Source: Podarcis bocagei
Taxonomy: Eukaryota
Strand: one strand, 5' to 3'
DNA length: 64,000 nucleotides
NCBI GenBank assembly: GCA_964188305.1
Contig: OZ076885.1
Each line of letters opens with the position of its first letter. The first letter of the stretch is position 1. A model generated the notes under the pieces. It worked only from the letters and a program-made list of their open reading frames with translations, had not been told where the DNA came from and ran no database searches. Shown piece after piece: positions 51,888 to 64,000 of this stretch. A program made the position numbers and the translations under genes.

Positions 51888-52853
51888 CGACTTACAGAGT
51901 GCCATTAATATGCACAGTGCTTTGCTGAATAACAAACAAGTAACAAATCTCAGGGGTCTTTAGGTACTTAGCTCAAACTGGGTTTTTCTTTGGTATGTTT
52001 CCAACAGAGGATTCAAAATGAGAGTGAGTCAACAACAACTAGCGTCCACTCTTCAGCCCCCAACTCCATGCCCTTCAAAATTAAGAGCTACAGTACACTT
52101 CTTTCCCTTTCAAATAAATTTCATCCCAAGCACCTGCAACTACAAGAAGAGAGCCTTGAAAACTTCCCTACTGGTTCATAAACTGGGATTCAGTCTCCAA
52201 ACACACCTACCAGTAGCTGATGGAGACTGCAATTGTGCTGACTGACAAGGTCAAGTAAACACAAAAGCCAGCAAGATGAGACTGAAATGGGGAAGGGAGG
52301 GAATGGATGTTGAAGTCTAATGAAACCAAGTGAGTTAATGGAAAGTCACTTCAGGACAACACTGACATTCTCTCCTGTGCTATTAATCGGACTACTTCTG
52401 TGAAGACTAGCTCATGACAGACCTTTCCAATACTACTCAGATTATTAAACTCGCACAAGTAGCAACGTCTAAATTGTCAGTTGGTAGCCTCAGCTATTAA
52501 GCTAGTTTGTTTCTCTTAAAGAAGTGTTAGTATCACTGCAGTCCACATAAAGCACATGCTTTGTTGGCAACATGAGTAAAGAGGGCAAGGGATAAATAGA
52601 CCATGGAGAATGCATTACTCTGTTAGCCAAGAGTTGCTTTCAGTTATACATTTCCCTGCTTGCTTTTTGAAAAAGTGAAAGAAAGCAGCCAGGAAATGTA
52701 TGGAGACCTCAGATGGCCTATTGCTGCTGGCGTGATGCAGCAAGTGTGTCAAAAAATAACAGAAGAGGATGAGACAGGAAATCTAGTTCCAAGCCCTATA
52801 CTGCTAGATACATAGTGGTCGGCTTTAAAAAATAAGGGTGAAGTGATGACAGA

Positions 52854-52882
52854 TATCTATCTATCTATCTATCTATCTATCT
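52854..52882. repeat. (TATC)n microsatellite
   Basis: Direct reading. Confidence 0.9.
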
Positions 52883-52922
52883 GGAAAGAAGTATATCATT
52901 CTTTTAAAAAGCTATTCTGAGT

Positions 52923-52994
52923 TAGAATCATAGAATCATAGAGTTGGAAGAGACCACAAGGGCCATCGAGTCCAACCCCCTGCCAAGCAGGAAA
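52923..52994 (-). mobile_element. CR1-type 3' tail fragment
   Basis: (ATTCTATG)n terminal repeat on minus; similar tails at about 27200-27269 (+) and 40155-40215 (-). Confidence 0.7.
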
Positions 52995-54434
52995 CAAGAG
53001 AGGTTGACTAGAGAGGAACAAAATCTTAACAAAGAGAAACTTCTGATTGTCAAGAGAAGAGAGAACCAGGGCATGGATAAGCATTTTTTTTTAAAGCACT
53101 AGAAACAGAAGAACTGTTCTTGGCAGTTTCAGAAAAAAGAATTAGCAACAGGCTGGATGAAGATGGAAAAGAAATGGAGGAGTACTATGGCTCCAAGTGT
53201 ACACACCTAGGAAAGGGGAATAGAAGTAAAAAATATCAGACTTTCAGCAAGGCTGTTAAAATAAGTGGGTGAGTATGGATATGTGTAATATTCTGAGAGG
53301 TCAAGCCTCAACATTTGAGCTAGGAAAATTATAGTTACACATTTTTTACAGACTGTGGACTGAGAGAAGAACGTGGTGCTTGCCAGATGTTGTTGGAATT
53401 CCATCAACCCCAGGCAGCATGACCAATGGCCAGGGATAGCAGGAGTTGAAGTCCAGGAAAGGAATAGGAAGCAGATGCACCAGCAAAGAGAGACAAGGGT
53501 TGCTGAAGAAATGGGGAATTAGATGGCCATGCTGTTGGATTAAAAATGAGAAGAGAGTGTACAGGATTGAATGATCAAGGAAAGAAAAATAATTGGAAAA
53601 CCTGGCAAAAAGAAATAGTTCAGAAAGTGGAACACTTCACAGGCAAACTGCTGTGTATCCAAATGAGAGGTGGGCTTAGGCACAAATGTATTCCACAAGG
53701 GGTTTAGAAACAAAGAGGAGAGAGATGGCTCTGTGCTCCATCGCCAGCCATCCCCCATGACACCAGCCTGTGCTATTTCTGATGAGAACCCCAACAACAA
53801 ACTGGAGATGAAGAGGATCTTCTCAGCAAAAAAAGATGGCAACAAACACGCTGGTAACTTTCCCAAAGTCCTGCCTATCTTCCTCCAAGCACCAACTGCA
53901 CACAATGAGCAGAATGGTTGCCTCTCCTCAATAATTAGTAGCCATGACTAGCAGGGCTATGGAAGTCAGAGGAAGCATACAGCACACCCCTTCTTTGGTT
54001 CTCAAAATAGCACGTTATGTCACGAAGCTCCTCATGCCTCTGTTCCTTACAGCAAAGCTATGGAACCTCAGGCTCAGGGGGCTAAATGTCCAGGCTTCTG
54101 AACTGAGCCCTCAGGAGTCTTCCCAGGTCACACAACACACCCTTCACAGGCCAGGTGCTCCTTGGTTGCTTTGCTGGGCTGGAATGTGCCCTTGAACTGT
54201 GACAGTGTCTCTTGTTTACCTGGAAAGAGGATGAAGGATGATGTGTAAACCTCTGCCTTTGCATGGTTGGAATGTAACTTACTATACAAGGGTAAGATTC
54301 ACATCCGTTGCTGTGACAGCTTTTGCACCTGGCCCTGCTCACCACTGGTATGAGGCCCCAGGAATGCTGTCCACAGGGGAATGTGGCCCTCGGGTTCCCC
54401 ACCTCTGCATTAAGACACAGGTATCTTCTGTGAC

Positions 54435-54540
54435 GTTTGACCAAACTGCAGGAGGCAGTGCAAGACAGGAGTGCCTGGCGTGCTCTGGTCCATGGGGTCA
54501 CGAAGAGTCGGACACGACTAAACGACTAAACAACAACAAC
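54435..54540 (+). mobile_element. Bov-B LINE 3' end (5'-truncated)
   Basis: CCATGGGGTCACGAAGAGTCGGACACGACT plus (CAA)n tail, flanked by a 12-bp TSD ATCTTCTGTGAC. Confidence 0.88.
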
Positions 54541-55088
54541 ATCTTCTGTGACTCTCACCTCTTTCTCCTGACCCTCACACTTGTGTTCTGGCCAGTTAGC
54601 TAGCCTTGACCTTAATTTTAGGTCAGTGGATTATCTATGGCACAGCCTCATTTGAAATTCTTCTTGTTGTGATCCAGCTGTAAGTGAGATGTGCACCTTC
54701 TGGAGGGCAAACTTGACAAATTTATTTGCTCTTTTCAAGGCCCCAGTAGACTTCCTTTGAATAACTTTCTCTTCTTGTCTGTCCATTAGATTTTCCTGCC
54801 CTGTACCTTTTCAGTTTCCTAGCCAAATATTTACAGAAGTGTTTGCATATATCCTTCACAGCACAGCCAGGCCGAGCCAATCCACGGAGTGAGCCCACCT
54901 GGCAGGGTGCATCCCACAGAGGAGCACTGCTTGTTTTGCAATCTTTGATCCAGAGAACTGATCAGAAAGCTTGGCAGAAGAAAAAGGATCTTGCATGGGA
55001 AAGAAAAAAGGAAACTTTTTCCAAGTAACATTCAGAACAAAGGGACCCCAATTGCTGTGGTAAAAGGAGGGAGATGAATCAAGGAGTA

Positions 55089-55330
55089 CAGTGGTACCTC
55101 GGGTTAAATACTTAATTCGTTCTGGAGGTCCGTTCTTAACCTGAAACTGTTCTTAACCTGAAGCATCACTTTAGCTAATGGGGCCTCCCGCTGCCGCCGC
55201 ACCACCAGAGCACAATTTCTGTTCTCATCCTGAAGCAAAGTTCTTAACCTGAAGCACTATTTCTGGGTTAGCGGAGTCTGTAACCTGAAGCGTATGTAAC
55301 CTGAAGCGTATGTAACCCGAGGTACCACTG
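55089..55330. mobile_element. Tc1/mariner-type MITE family A
   Basis: Perfect TIR CAGTGGTACCTCGGGTTA / TAACCCGAGGTACCACTG, TA TSD, 242 bp. Confidence 0.93.
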
Positions 55331-57763
55331 TACTAACTTCTGGATGGGATTCTATTGTAGGCTGGCAGTGCTGGATAGTATTTATAAGGACAGGGTAGCT
55401 TTTATTTTTATCTTTTTTTTAAAAAAAGGGTAAAGGATAGATATAAAAACATATAAATGTAAATATTACACGGAAAATGTGCATATTTATATTTACTTGT
55501 TTTATATGTTAATCCTTCATTTTCCCCCAATTTCTATTTCTAGAAATTGAAAAAGTGTTACGGTACAATGTTCATGAATTCTTCCTCTGAGACCAGTAAG
55601 GAAAGCATTTCTGCAGAAGTGTGCACAAAGAATTCAAGAAAAGGAACATCAGAGGTGCCATTCCTAGCAGACTGTGAAAATACATTTTCAATTGCTAGGC
55701 TGAAAAACAAAGCAGCACATTATTATTTGATCCTGTTGGTCTAAGGCTTTGAAACAAATGAACAAACAAACTAGATGCTTCCCCAAGGTTCTCAGCATGT
55801 AATACCTTTAGCTAATGTTCAGACAAGCTTTAGGGATCTTAACTGGGATTCCAGAGTAAAGATTTAATTCTACATTAACCTGTGCCTCAAGTGGATAACA
55901 AAATCTCTGCTTCTATTCCTGCATCTCCCCACAGGTAGTATACAGCAAAAAACAAAAAACAAAACCAAAAAACCCCACATCCTTATTAGAATGACGGTGT
56001 TTGCAAGTGTATTAGAACCATTCAGAAGTGGAAGGCTGCATGGAGACCAATAATTTGCTTCGTTGATGGCATCACAGCATCAGATCATCCTCTGTGATCC
56101 TCCACATTCTGCTAGCTTATGAAGAACCAGCCTCTGGGCTGAAGGCACAGAGTGCTAGTTATTCAGACATATCTTAACATTAGATATTTGATGCACTCAG
56201 CACATTCTTTGGTCCCAAATACAGCAGCAAGAGTAACTCCAACTGGTGAGAAAACAAGACCTGCCTGTGAAATGAGGACCTCTAAATCGATTTTTCATTC
56301 ATCCCCAAAGTGCTGTACAAGTACATAAATATCAAATCCATAAAACCCTCTCTCCCAACTCTAGGATTGACATTCATACCTATAGGACATACACCAAAAA
56401 AAATGGACATGTACTTTAAATCTGCCTGTGAAGTTCAGGCTGACTTACCTTCCCCTAGCCCCCTGCTTTCCATTTACAGTCCATCTAGTCCTTAATAATC
56501 ATGCAAAGTTCCCACCCCCACCAGCCGAACTGATCTTCTGCTTCCCTCATAACAACTGCAGTGGCTGTCAATAGTCTGTAACTGGCCCTTCCTCCTCAGC
56601 GAGTCAAAAGGTTCATGAGTACGGTGTTATTAACGGAACGTCTGAGAAGCTCACAGGCCACAGTGAGCCAGGACATAACTGGCTATGCACATGTAAGACA
56701 GCTGGGTATGTACATGTAAGACAGCTTTAGCAAGAAATCCAGATTTCTGTCAACCAAAGTTCAGTTCCTCCTCCTCCATTATCTATTTCCTGTTTGCCCC
56801 AGTAAGTCCCTTCCACAAAAGCATCACTTTCACAAACTCCCATAGCAATGAGCTCCTGCCACCATTCCATTCTCCTTGATCCAATGAATGTCCTTCTCCC
56901 ATTCAGTCATGATTCACCTTGGCAGAACAGGGGAAACACATCATCTCCCTAAATTCACCTAACTGATATTTATCATTTTTCCTCTGAAAGGCTATACCCA
57001 GTGTCAATTGTAAGGAAGTAGAAATTTGGGTTAGACTCCATGCTCTTCAAGCCTAATAAAAACGATATCTAGGGCACTCCCCGGGACCACTTGTTTTGGT
57101 GCCATAAAATAGAGTTTTGGTCAGACATCCCTTTGGAATAGTTTCCTGACAGGCACATACTTTTTCCCTGGAAAGATAGCAAGGGTACATTCAATACTGC
57201 AGTCTGTTCATTTCCCCTTAAAATGCCTAAAATCCACGTCCTGCAACTTCTAAGCCTTCCTATTTTCACCTGCAGGCTGCACAGACAACTAACTGGCCTT
57301 CTTTGTAACCATTGTAAATATCCATGAAGTGTCCAGTTAAGTTCCATCAGTGAAAACCATAACCAACAATAATCTGAATACTACTGTACTTAACTCTATA
57401 TAAATTATCTGTTGGTGTTTCAAAATCTAAAATGTGGTTTTAGCCTTCTAATTTTTACCATTCATGTGCCAACATTTCAGCTCATTCCCCACCTCCCAAA
57501 GTCACTCAAGTCCTGGCTCTTTTAGTAGATCATTCCATGAGCCTAGGAGGTTTTGCCAGCTCTCCTCCAGAAACCCAGTTCCTATGGACGAAGGTTTCCT
57601 TCTTACAACACACCATTGTTTTTCAATTTAGACTGCCGTGGACATAGTGTCATAAGAGAATTAGCAGAATCGTTCAGATACAACTTACCACTCTCAGGCC
57701 CTAGAACTGCACCCTCCCACCACCCCATCACCACCTCCTCCTCCTTTACTCAGCATCACTTAC

Positions 57764-58144
57764 CCAGGTGCGTAGGAGGCCTTCAGCTCTGATTTGATTG
57801 GAGGGGCAATGTTGGGCAGGCAGTGGCTGCTGAGGTACCCCTTGGGCATCACCATGCCATTGTTGTTATTGCAGTTGAGGTGAGTACTGTAGCTGGGTCC
57901 ACATGGACTGGGCAATGGGGGGCCATGCCGGATTGGAACTTGGCTGCCAGGGGGGCCATGGTGGAGACTGTGCCGGATGGGTACTTGGGTGCTTGGAAGG
58001 CCATGATGGAGGGGACCACTAGACGCAGCATTAGAAGCATGGCCAGCATTGGAGACAGATACACCGACACTGGCAGAGGTGGAAGGTTGGGCATGAGGGT
58101 AGCCAGCAGAGGCTGGGATTTCAGAGATGGAGTCCAAATCGGAA
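57764..58144 (-). CDS. MYRF: MYRF exon 3
   Basis: SDLDSISEIPASAGYPH...LNCNNNNGM...PPIKSELKASYAPG; 381 nt, phase 2-2. Confidence 0.9.
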
Positions 58145-59049
58145 CTGTAGGAGAGAAGTTAAAATAACCTGAGTAACATGTGCATATTGCACTTTTCAAT
58201 CTGCAGCCATACAGGGTGACTCAATAGCTATACACTGAATGATGTTGGCTCATTACATCATTAATTCTCCACTGAAAGAACAAAAAACCCCACCACAGAA
58301 TGTCTGAAAACATATAATGCCATTTGATCCATGATATGGAATAGAAATAGAAATGTGATGGCTAACTTGAAAGTGGAGATTACAACCACATTTATGACAT
58401 CCTGTTGGTGCATGTGTGTGTGGCAACAGGCATCAGCACTGTTCTCTGGCATTTGTTCCACAATGAGATCAAGAAAGAATCACGCACACACCTTGGATAT
58501 TCTTCTGAAAATCTCCTTTCAAATACTCACCAAACTTATACTTGGTCAACAAGATGTGATCTTCTGGCTGCTGGCCCTGTGCCACTAAGTGCCATCCAAT
58601 GCAGCACACAGAAGACATATAACCAATGCAGCACCTATTAGCCCAAAATGTAAGCTCCTGTCGGGTTCTCTCTTGCGTGACAGTCAGACTTAAATCCCCT
58701 ACAACCTTCTATTTGTACTAAAGTTATCTATTTCCTTTTCCTTTTGACTGTTTCCTATATAGCAAAGTCTGGTAATAGCAACCCCAAAGATATTCCTTTG
58801 GATAACACACAACAGAGCTCAGGTGTCTGGAATCCAAAACTTAACCAATGGCTCTCAAGAAAAGAAGAATAAAAAAAAAGATTTAGGAAGAACTGTGGAC
58901 GTGGTAGGGATAGACAGCTGAGCACAGTTGTGTGGAAGACAGATAGCAAAGGAAATATGATCACACCATGCAGCCACCATGGTCACCCTCACGGCATCGT
59001 GCAACCATCACTGTTTATTAGGAACATAGGTGCAAAAGAACGAACTTAC

Positions 59050-59137
59050 ATATCTGGAGAGTCTTCCTTGCCAATATATTCTTCCAGGATGCTGGTGTCA
59101 ATGTTTGATGGTTCCAGTGCTCCATTAATATCATGAC
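59050..59137 (-). CDS. MYRF: MYRF exon 2
   Basis: (G)[28 protein letters not shown](I); cag|...|gtaagt; 88 nt. Confidence 0.95.
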
Positions 59138-61541
59138 CTGAAACAAAAACAGGTTGCACAGGGAAAGCTATTAGCAAAATTCAGACAAAGTGCCACTGTT
59201 CCCTCAGGGCCAGACAGAGCTCTGATGATGGAAATTCCCCAGAACAAAAACGCTGGCTTAAGTCAAGGAACTGAATTGGCTTTAAAATGGATATTTGAAG
59301 GAGGAAGTGGCATCAGATTCAGATCTGAAGAATGGGGTATTGTTCCAGAAACATCAGCTGGAGGCCAAGAGATGGACAACGGAAGAATGGACACCAGAAG
59401 TAGAGGGCACAAAAGATGGATGGAGGAACCATTTTATTCAGTAGGGCTCAGAAATGGCTAAGGGATTTGAGTCAAATTAGAGGAACAATTGTTTAGGAAG
59501 GGGATAATCAAAAAAAGTATTATTTTTGAACTTTTATAGTATTTCAGAATCACCCATATCATAGAAGACATTTTAGTCAAAGTTACTTTAATGAACAAAC
59601 AGCAGTACTGTAATGATAATTTAGACAGAGTGACCTTTTCTGGGTGTAACACTTTACGAAAGACCTGGCTGAGACTCAATCTACTGTCTCTCTCCCTCCC
59701 CTTTCTACCTCCAATGTGGCTGTAGCCTCAGTTTAGTCTTAAACATAGTGGTCAAACTATGGTTAGTCTTAACTTTGTTTATGAAGCTGTCCTGTTTCTG
59801 TGAAACATAATTAAGATTAATCACAATTTAGGGCTCAGATATTCTGTTAAACCATGGATATCTAGAAATGAATGGAAGCAAAAGTTTTTGAATTTGTCCT
59901 TGTGTTTGTGCAGAGGAAAGGAGCCCAAGTCCAAAACTCATGCACAGAACAATGAAGAGCAATTTAAAATAAAAGTGTCTAATACGTACAATAAACAACT
60001 TGGGTAAACATACATAACCAAAAGAACAACCCCAGTAAGGAGAGGGGGAGCAGTAAATGAATGAATAGGCATAGACCATAACAACTGGCTTGTCTCTAGA
60101 AAGAGTCACAAACTGTTAGGATTACTTAGTTGTCATTTAGTCCTGGTAAAAAAATGTTTCTTCCTAGAGATTAATAGTCTTAATAAGAACCATTGCATTT
60201 ACTGAGGGGAGAGAAAAAAATCCAGTTGCACCTATTGCCTGTGACCCTGAAGACCAAACTAGACGAGACTATGGATATCCTTGATCAAATCTCCCATCTC
60301 TTTTGCAATTTTGAAAATAGCAAGGGGTCAATAGATTGGGCCTATGGTGTTGGGAAAGGAGGGTTAACTGTCCCCTCAATCTTCCTAATGAAAATTTGCC
60401 CTCCTCCCAAGCTGCTATTTGCTTTATGAGGAGAAATGTTTGCATGCCTGCTGTGCAGTTACCTGTGCCTGGTTTGCCTGTGGGAGGCAGCACTCGGGCA
60501 GCTCACTACACCATTCCCATGCCACAGCTGGGTTAAAATGCTATTACAAAAGCCTTGGTCCTACCAGTTTTTCATCTACAGAACACAGTATTTCCCATCA
60601 CCACCACTTTTCTTGCTGTGCCTCTTTGGAACAGACTATCAGCTCTTCCCCATTACTCCACTACCATATCCCTTTTCAGCTGCATACCCATCATACCCCA
60701 CCACAAGAATTCTGGGAACTGTAGTTTACCCTCATAGAGCTACAATTCCCAGCCCCCTTACAGCTTCCAGGATTCTTTTGAGTGGGGTGAGCTTTAAATG
60801 TATGGTGTATCCTATCTTGTTTAGAGAATGACTGGACTTTCTTTTCCTTTCTTCCAGGAAGTTCCCTCTTTCTCTTCTCTTGCACTGAAAAATGGATTGG
60901 GTTTGTTGATAAAAATAAACCTCCCGCTTTATCTGTTTCTCCAGGAGTCTGAAGCTTTGTGCACAATTCCTAAGTGCCAAAGGCATTATCAAGAAAAAGG
61001 GAGGGAGTCCTTCGCCCACAGCTCAGATAATGAAGAGACAACCTTTTCCTGAATGGCTCAATCACATTAGATTAGAATGAGAAGTCCCTCGCTCACCAGA
61101 CAAGTGCACACACACAGTCAAAGGCGTCTCTCACTCTCCACCCCTTAACAGCATTCTGGGTAAAGGTTAGTCAACCAACCAACCAACCAAAAAGAAAAAG
61201 GGGGAAAGGAGGGGAGGAAAACAGGGGGCTTCAACCTATCAGAATTTTACCCTGCGAAAATCCCTTTCATACCAAGACAAGCAAATCAGCAGAAATAAAT
61301 CCAGTGAGGAATTTTGCCAAAAGGGCTGGTGGGTGGGTTGAAGGGGGGAGAAAAATTAGAGGCACTTTTTCCCTTGGTCATACAAACTGAGAAAAGGTAG
61401 GTCAGAGACACAATTTCATAATAATGCATACAACCTTTGATTTGCCACACCAGAGAGAAATCACATGGGATAGTCTACTACTGTACAGCACTCTTGTCAA
61501 TGCCTACTGTATCAGCAACAGTTCATCACTGTCTATAAGTA

Positions 61542-61687
61542 CCGTATTTTTCAGTCTATAAGACGCCCCCATGTATAAGATGCCTCCTATTTGGGGGGAC
61601 AGATTTAAGAAAAGGGGGGAAACGCCCCCTAATTTTTGAAATTATTTTTTAGGGAGAAAACCTAGTCTTATACATGGAAGAATACGG
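61542..61687. mobile_element. pogo/Tc2-like MITE (CCGTATTTT TIR)
   Basis: TA-CCGTATTTTTC...GAAGAATACGG-TA. Confidence 0.82.
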
Positions 61688-61914
61688 TATCCACTTATCC
61701 CATTCAGTACAGTTGGAATTCTTGGGTGAAGATCACCTGATTCTTAGGAGTTACAGCGCAAGCCTATCAGTGTCCCCAGACTCAGAGCTTTCATTTAGAA
61801 AAAGGAGCAAGTCTCCAGCCCTTCTAGAGAGAAGGCCATAAATGCTCAACTAATAGCAAACGGAAACTTACTACACATATGCAAAATTGGGAACTTTAAG
61901 CCTTTGATGAAATA

Positions 61915-62154
61915 CAGTGGTACCTTGGTTTACGAACTTAATCCATTCCGGAAGTCCATTCTTAAACTGAAACTGTTCTTAAACTGAGGCACACTTTCCC
62001 TAATGAGGCCTCCCGCCGCCGGTGCCTTTCCACCATTCAGTTTCTGTTCTTAGACTGATGTAAAGTTCGCAAACCGGGACACTACTTCCGGTTTTGTGGA
62101 GTTCGTAAACCGAATAGTTTGCAACAGGGCTGTTCTTAAACCGAGGTACCACTG
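61915..62154. mobile_element. Tc1/mariner-type MITE, family A-related subfamily
   Basis: CAGTGGTACCTTGGTTTA...TAAACCGAGGTACCACTG, TA TSD. Confidence 0.88.
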
Positions 62155-63174
62155 TACCAGCAAAACTGCTGGACCCCAAAAGATAACTAAAATCCAGCTG
62201 GTAATGAACTAAAGAAACTGCTAACTCACAAGATGGTTGTGAGATTATGTATTTGTTGGTATAATGTTCACCAAAAACATCCATGCTTAAGTCTGGGGAA
62301 AATAAATGATGAAATCATTTCATATGGGGACTAGAACAATATGGCATTGTATTTGTGTCTTAAACGTTTTCATTACGTATGAAAAAAAACTGTAGCAAGT
62401 AACAGCTCTATGGACTGGAATATTTTAAATAATAAAGTTTCCTTTATTTATATTCTTAGTTACATGTTTATAAAGTGCATAAATATTATAGTAGGCATCA
62501 AATCATCTAAATCTGAAGTATCATAACATACAGCATACTGTTGTTATTTATGCATGTCTTCAGTGTCTATGATGCTGTGGCAAATAGGGCAAATAGACAA
62601 GTCCCTGTCCCAAAATGAGTTGGACCTAAAAGGACAAAATAAGTCTTTTTAAGTAAACCATTAAATAATCAGAAAGAGTCTGAAATGTTGTAATTTGGGG
62701 AGGTAAAGTGAAAGCCCTTATCTGCCAGTCATCAACAGTGTTCTTCCAGGAAACTTTTTTTTAGCCGAGCAGTTACATCTGACCCAGGGGTCAATTCAGT
62801 GTTTAATAAAGATGTTTGTACATTAACCTCAATGGAGGAAAAGCTGTAGAAAAATGCGAGCAGAACTAAACTTAATGGGTGGAATTCAACATCACGTTAT
62901 TATGACGTCTCATCTGAAAAAGCATATCAGCTTGCCAGATGGAACAATTTCCACCCTCCCCTCACCCCTTCTAGGGGCTCCTCTGAACCCCTTAGGCCAA
63001 TTTGGGGGGTTGTGAGGGGAGGAAAAGGGAAAGCCCCATAGTGCAAGAAGAAGCCCTTGTGCAGGGCTTCCACTGAAGGGGTTTGTTATGTGAATCCTGC
63101 CCAAAGGGACATAATATCCCCTAATTATGTAACTGTTACATCCATGTAGTGCAGTATTTAGAGTGTTGGAATGC

Positions 63175-63347
63175 TCGGCCATGAAACTCGCTGGGTGACT
63201 TTGGGCCAGTAGCAAGTCTCTCAGCCTAACCTGCCTCACAAGGTTGTTGCAAGGATAAAATGGGGAAGGAGAGAACCATGCACACCTTACCTTGAGCTCC
63301 TTGGGGGAGGAGGGAAGGTGGGCTATAAATGTAACAAATAAATAAAT
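63175..63347 (+). mobile_element. MIR/CORE-like SINE fragment
   Basis: GGGTGACTTTGGGCCAG...CTCAGCCTAACCTGCCTCACAAGGTTGTTG core with (AAAT)n tail; an inverted relative lies at about 45560-45725. Confidence 0.65.
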
Positions 63348-64000
63348 TTTTACAGCAATAATGGAGCCTTGCTTTGTGATGCAACAGTTGGAAACAAAAA
63401 CGACTGACTAAATTCAGCACACACGCATTTTTTTAAAAAATGTGTTGATATGAACAGAAAGCTTATGAAAGGCTCAGTGAGAAAAATCATTTGTAGGGGC
63501 AGGGGGAATGATATGATTACAATGCATATCCTTAGAAGAAAGACACTGGTGCTTTGCATGCTGCCTCCAAAGGGTTCTGTGTGCATTGGGAGAGATCCTG
63601 ATGTTGGCTGCTGCTCCCTCAAGCCGTTTGTGTCAGGTATGACTGTTCCACAGTGTTACCTTTCTGGCTTTGGTGGCAGGTCAGCTCCTACCTTCTGGCC
63701 ACCTTGCCTTGAAGGTCACTTTCATGAACACTTAATGGAGATGCAAGCAAAGGTGAGATAAGCAACCAGACGGGGAAGGTGTGTCAACTGGATAGCTTAG
63801 GGGAGTTACAACAGAACTGATAAGCAACCCTAAAAAAGAGTGCCGACTCCTGTTAAGTGGTTGCGAGTGAGTTGATGAGGAGACTGTTGTTCTTTTCTTG
63901 CTAAAAATAAGCAAATCCTCGCAGGACTTTTCTCAGCTTTAGGCTAGAGGCACTTGAGCCAGCTACTCTAGCTTTGGTGACATGCCAGTTCTGTTGGAGC

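Noticed and set aside
56449-56484. 36-nt in-frame micro-exon with a strong AAG|GTAAGT donor in MYRF intron 3
   Set aside because: The acceptor lacks a polypyrimidine tract, and there is no in-frame ATG for a first-exon reading.
57689-57763. Second consensus donor 75 nt downstream of exon 3
   Set aside because: The extension starts with an in-frame stop and the proximal donor is equally strong; no evidence of use.
60708-60758. Inverted pair of ZNF143-like CTACAATTCCCAG motifs
   Set aside because: Resembles a dispersed palindromic repeat with relatives elsewhere in the window; no CpG-island context.

Overview
Vertebrate genomic DNA from a squamate reptile, probably a lacertid lizard (inferred from the Sauria-SINE, Bov-B, CR1/L2 and TA-flanked MITE content). 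It is the conserved FEN1-TMEM258-MYRF block. The window holds the 5' part of FEN1 (minus strand, CDS runs off the left edge) and the complete TMEM258 (plus strand, 79 aa), head-to-head across a CpG-island promoter. It also holds 26 coding exons of MYRF (minus strand, 59137 to 13630), which I spliced by hand into one continuous frame of 3515 nt with GT-AG boundaries and matching phases. The canonical first MYRF exon was not found and probably lies beyond the right edge. MYRF exon numbers follow the human gene from memory. Almost all ORF-track entries are spurious or exon read-throughs. I see no prokaryote-style novel system. The best leads are: a candidate extra 66-nt in-frame MYRF cassette exon at the end of the DNA-binding domain; a U12-type intron in TMEM258; a 191-nt AG-free zone before the 81-nt MYRF exon 19; a possible internal MYRF first exon that bypasses the phosphodegron; and a possible ~6.5-kb MYRF 3'UTR.
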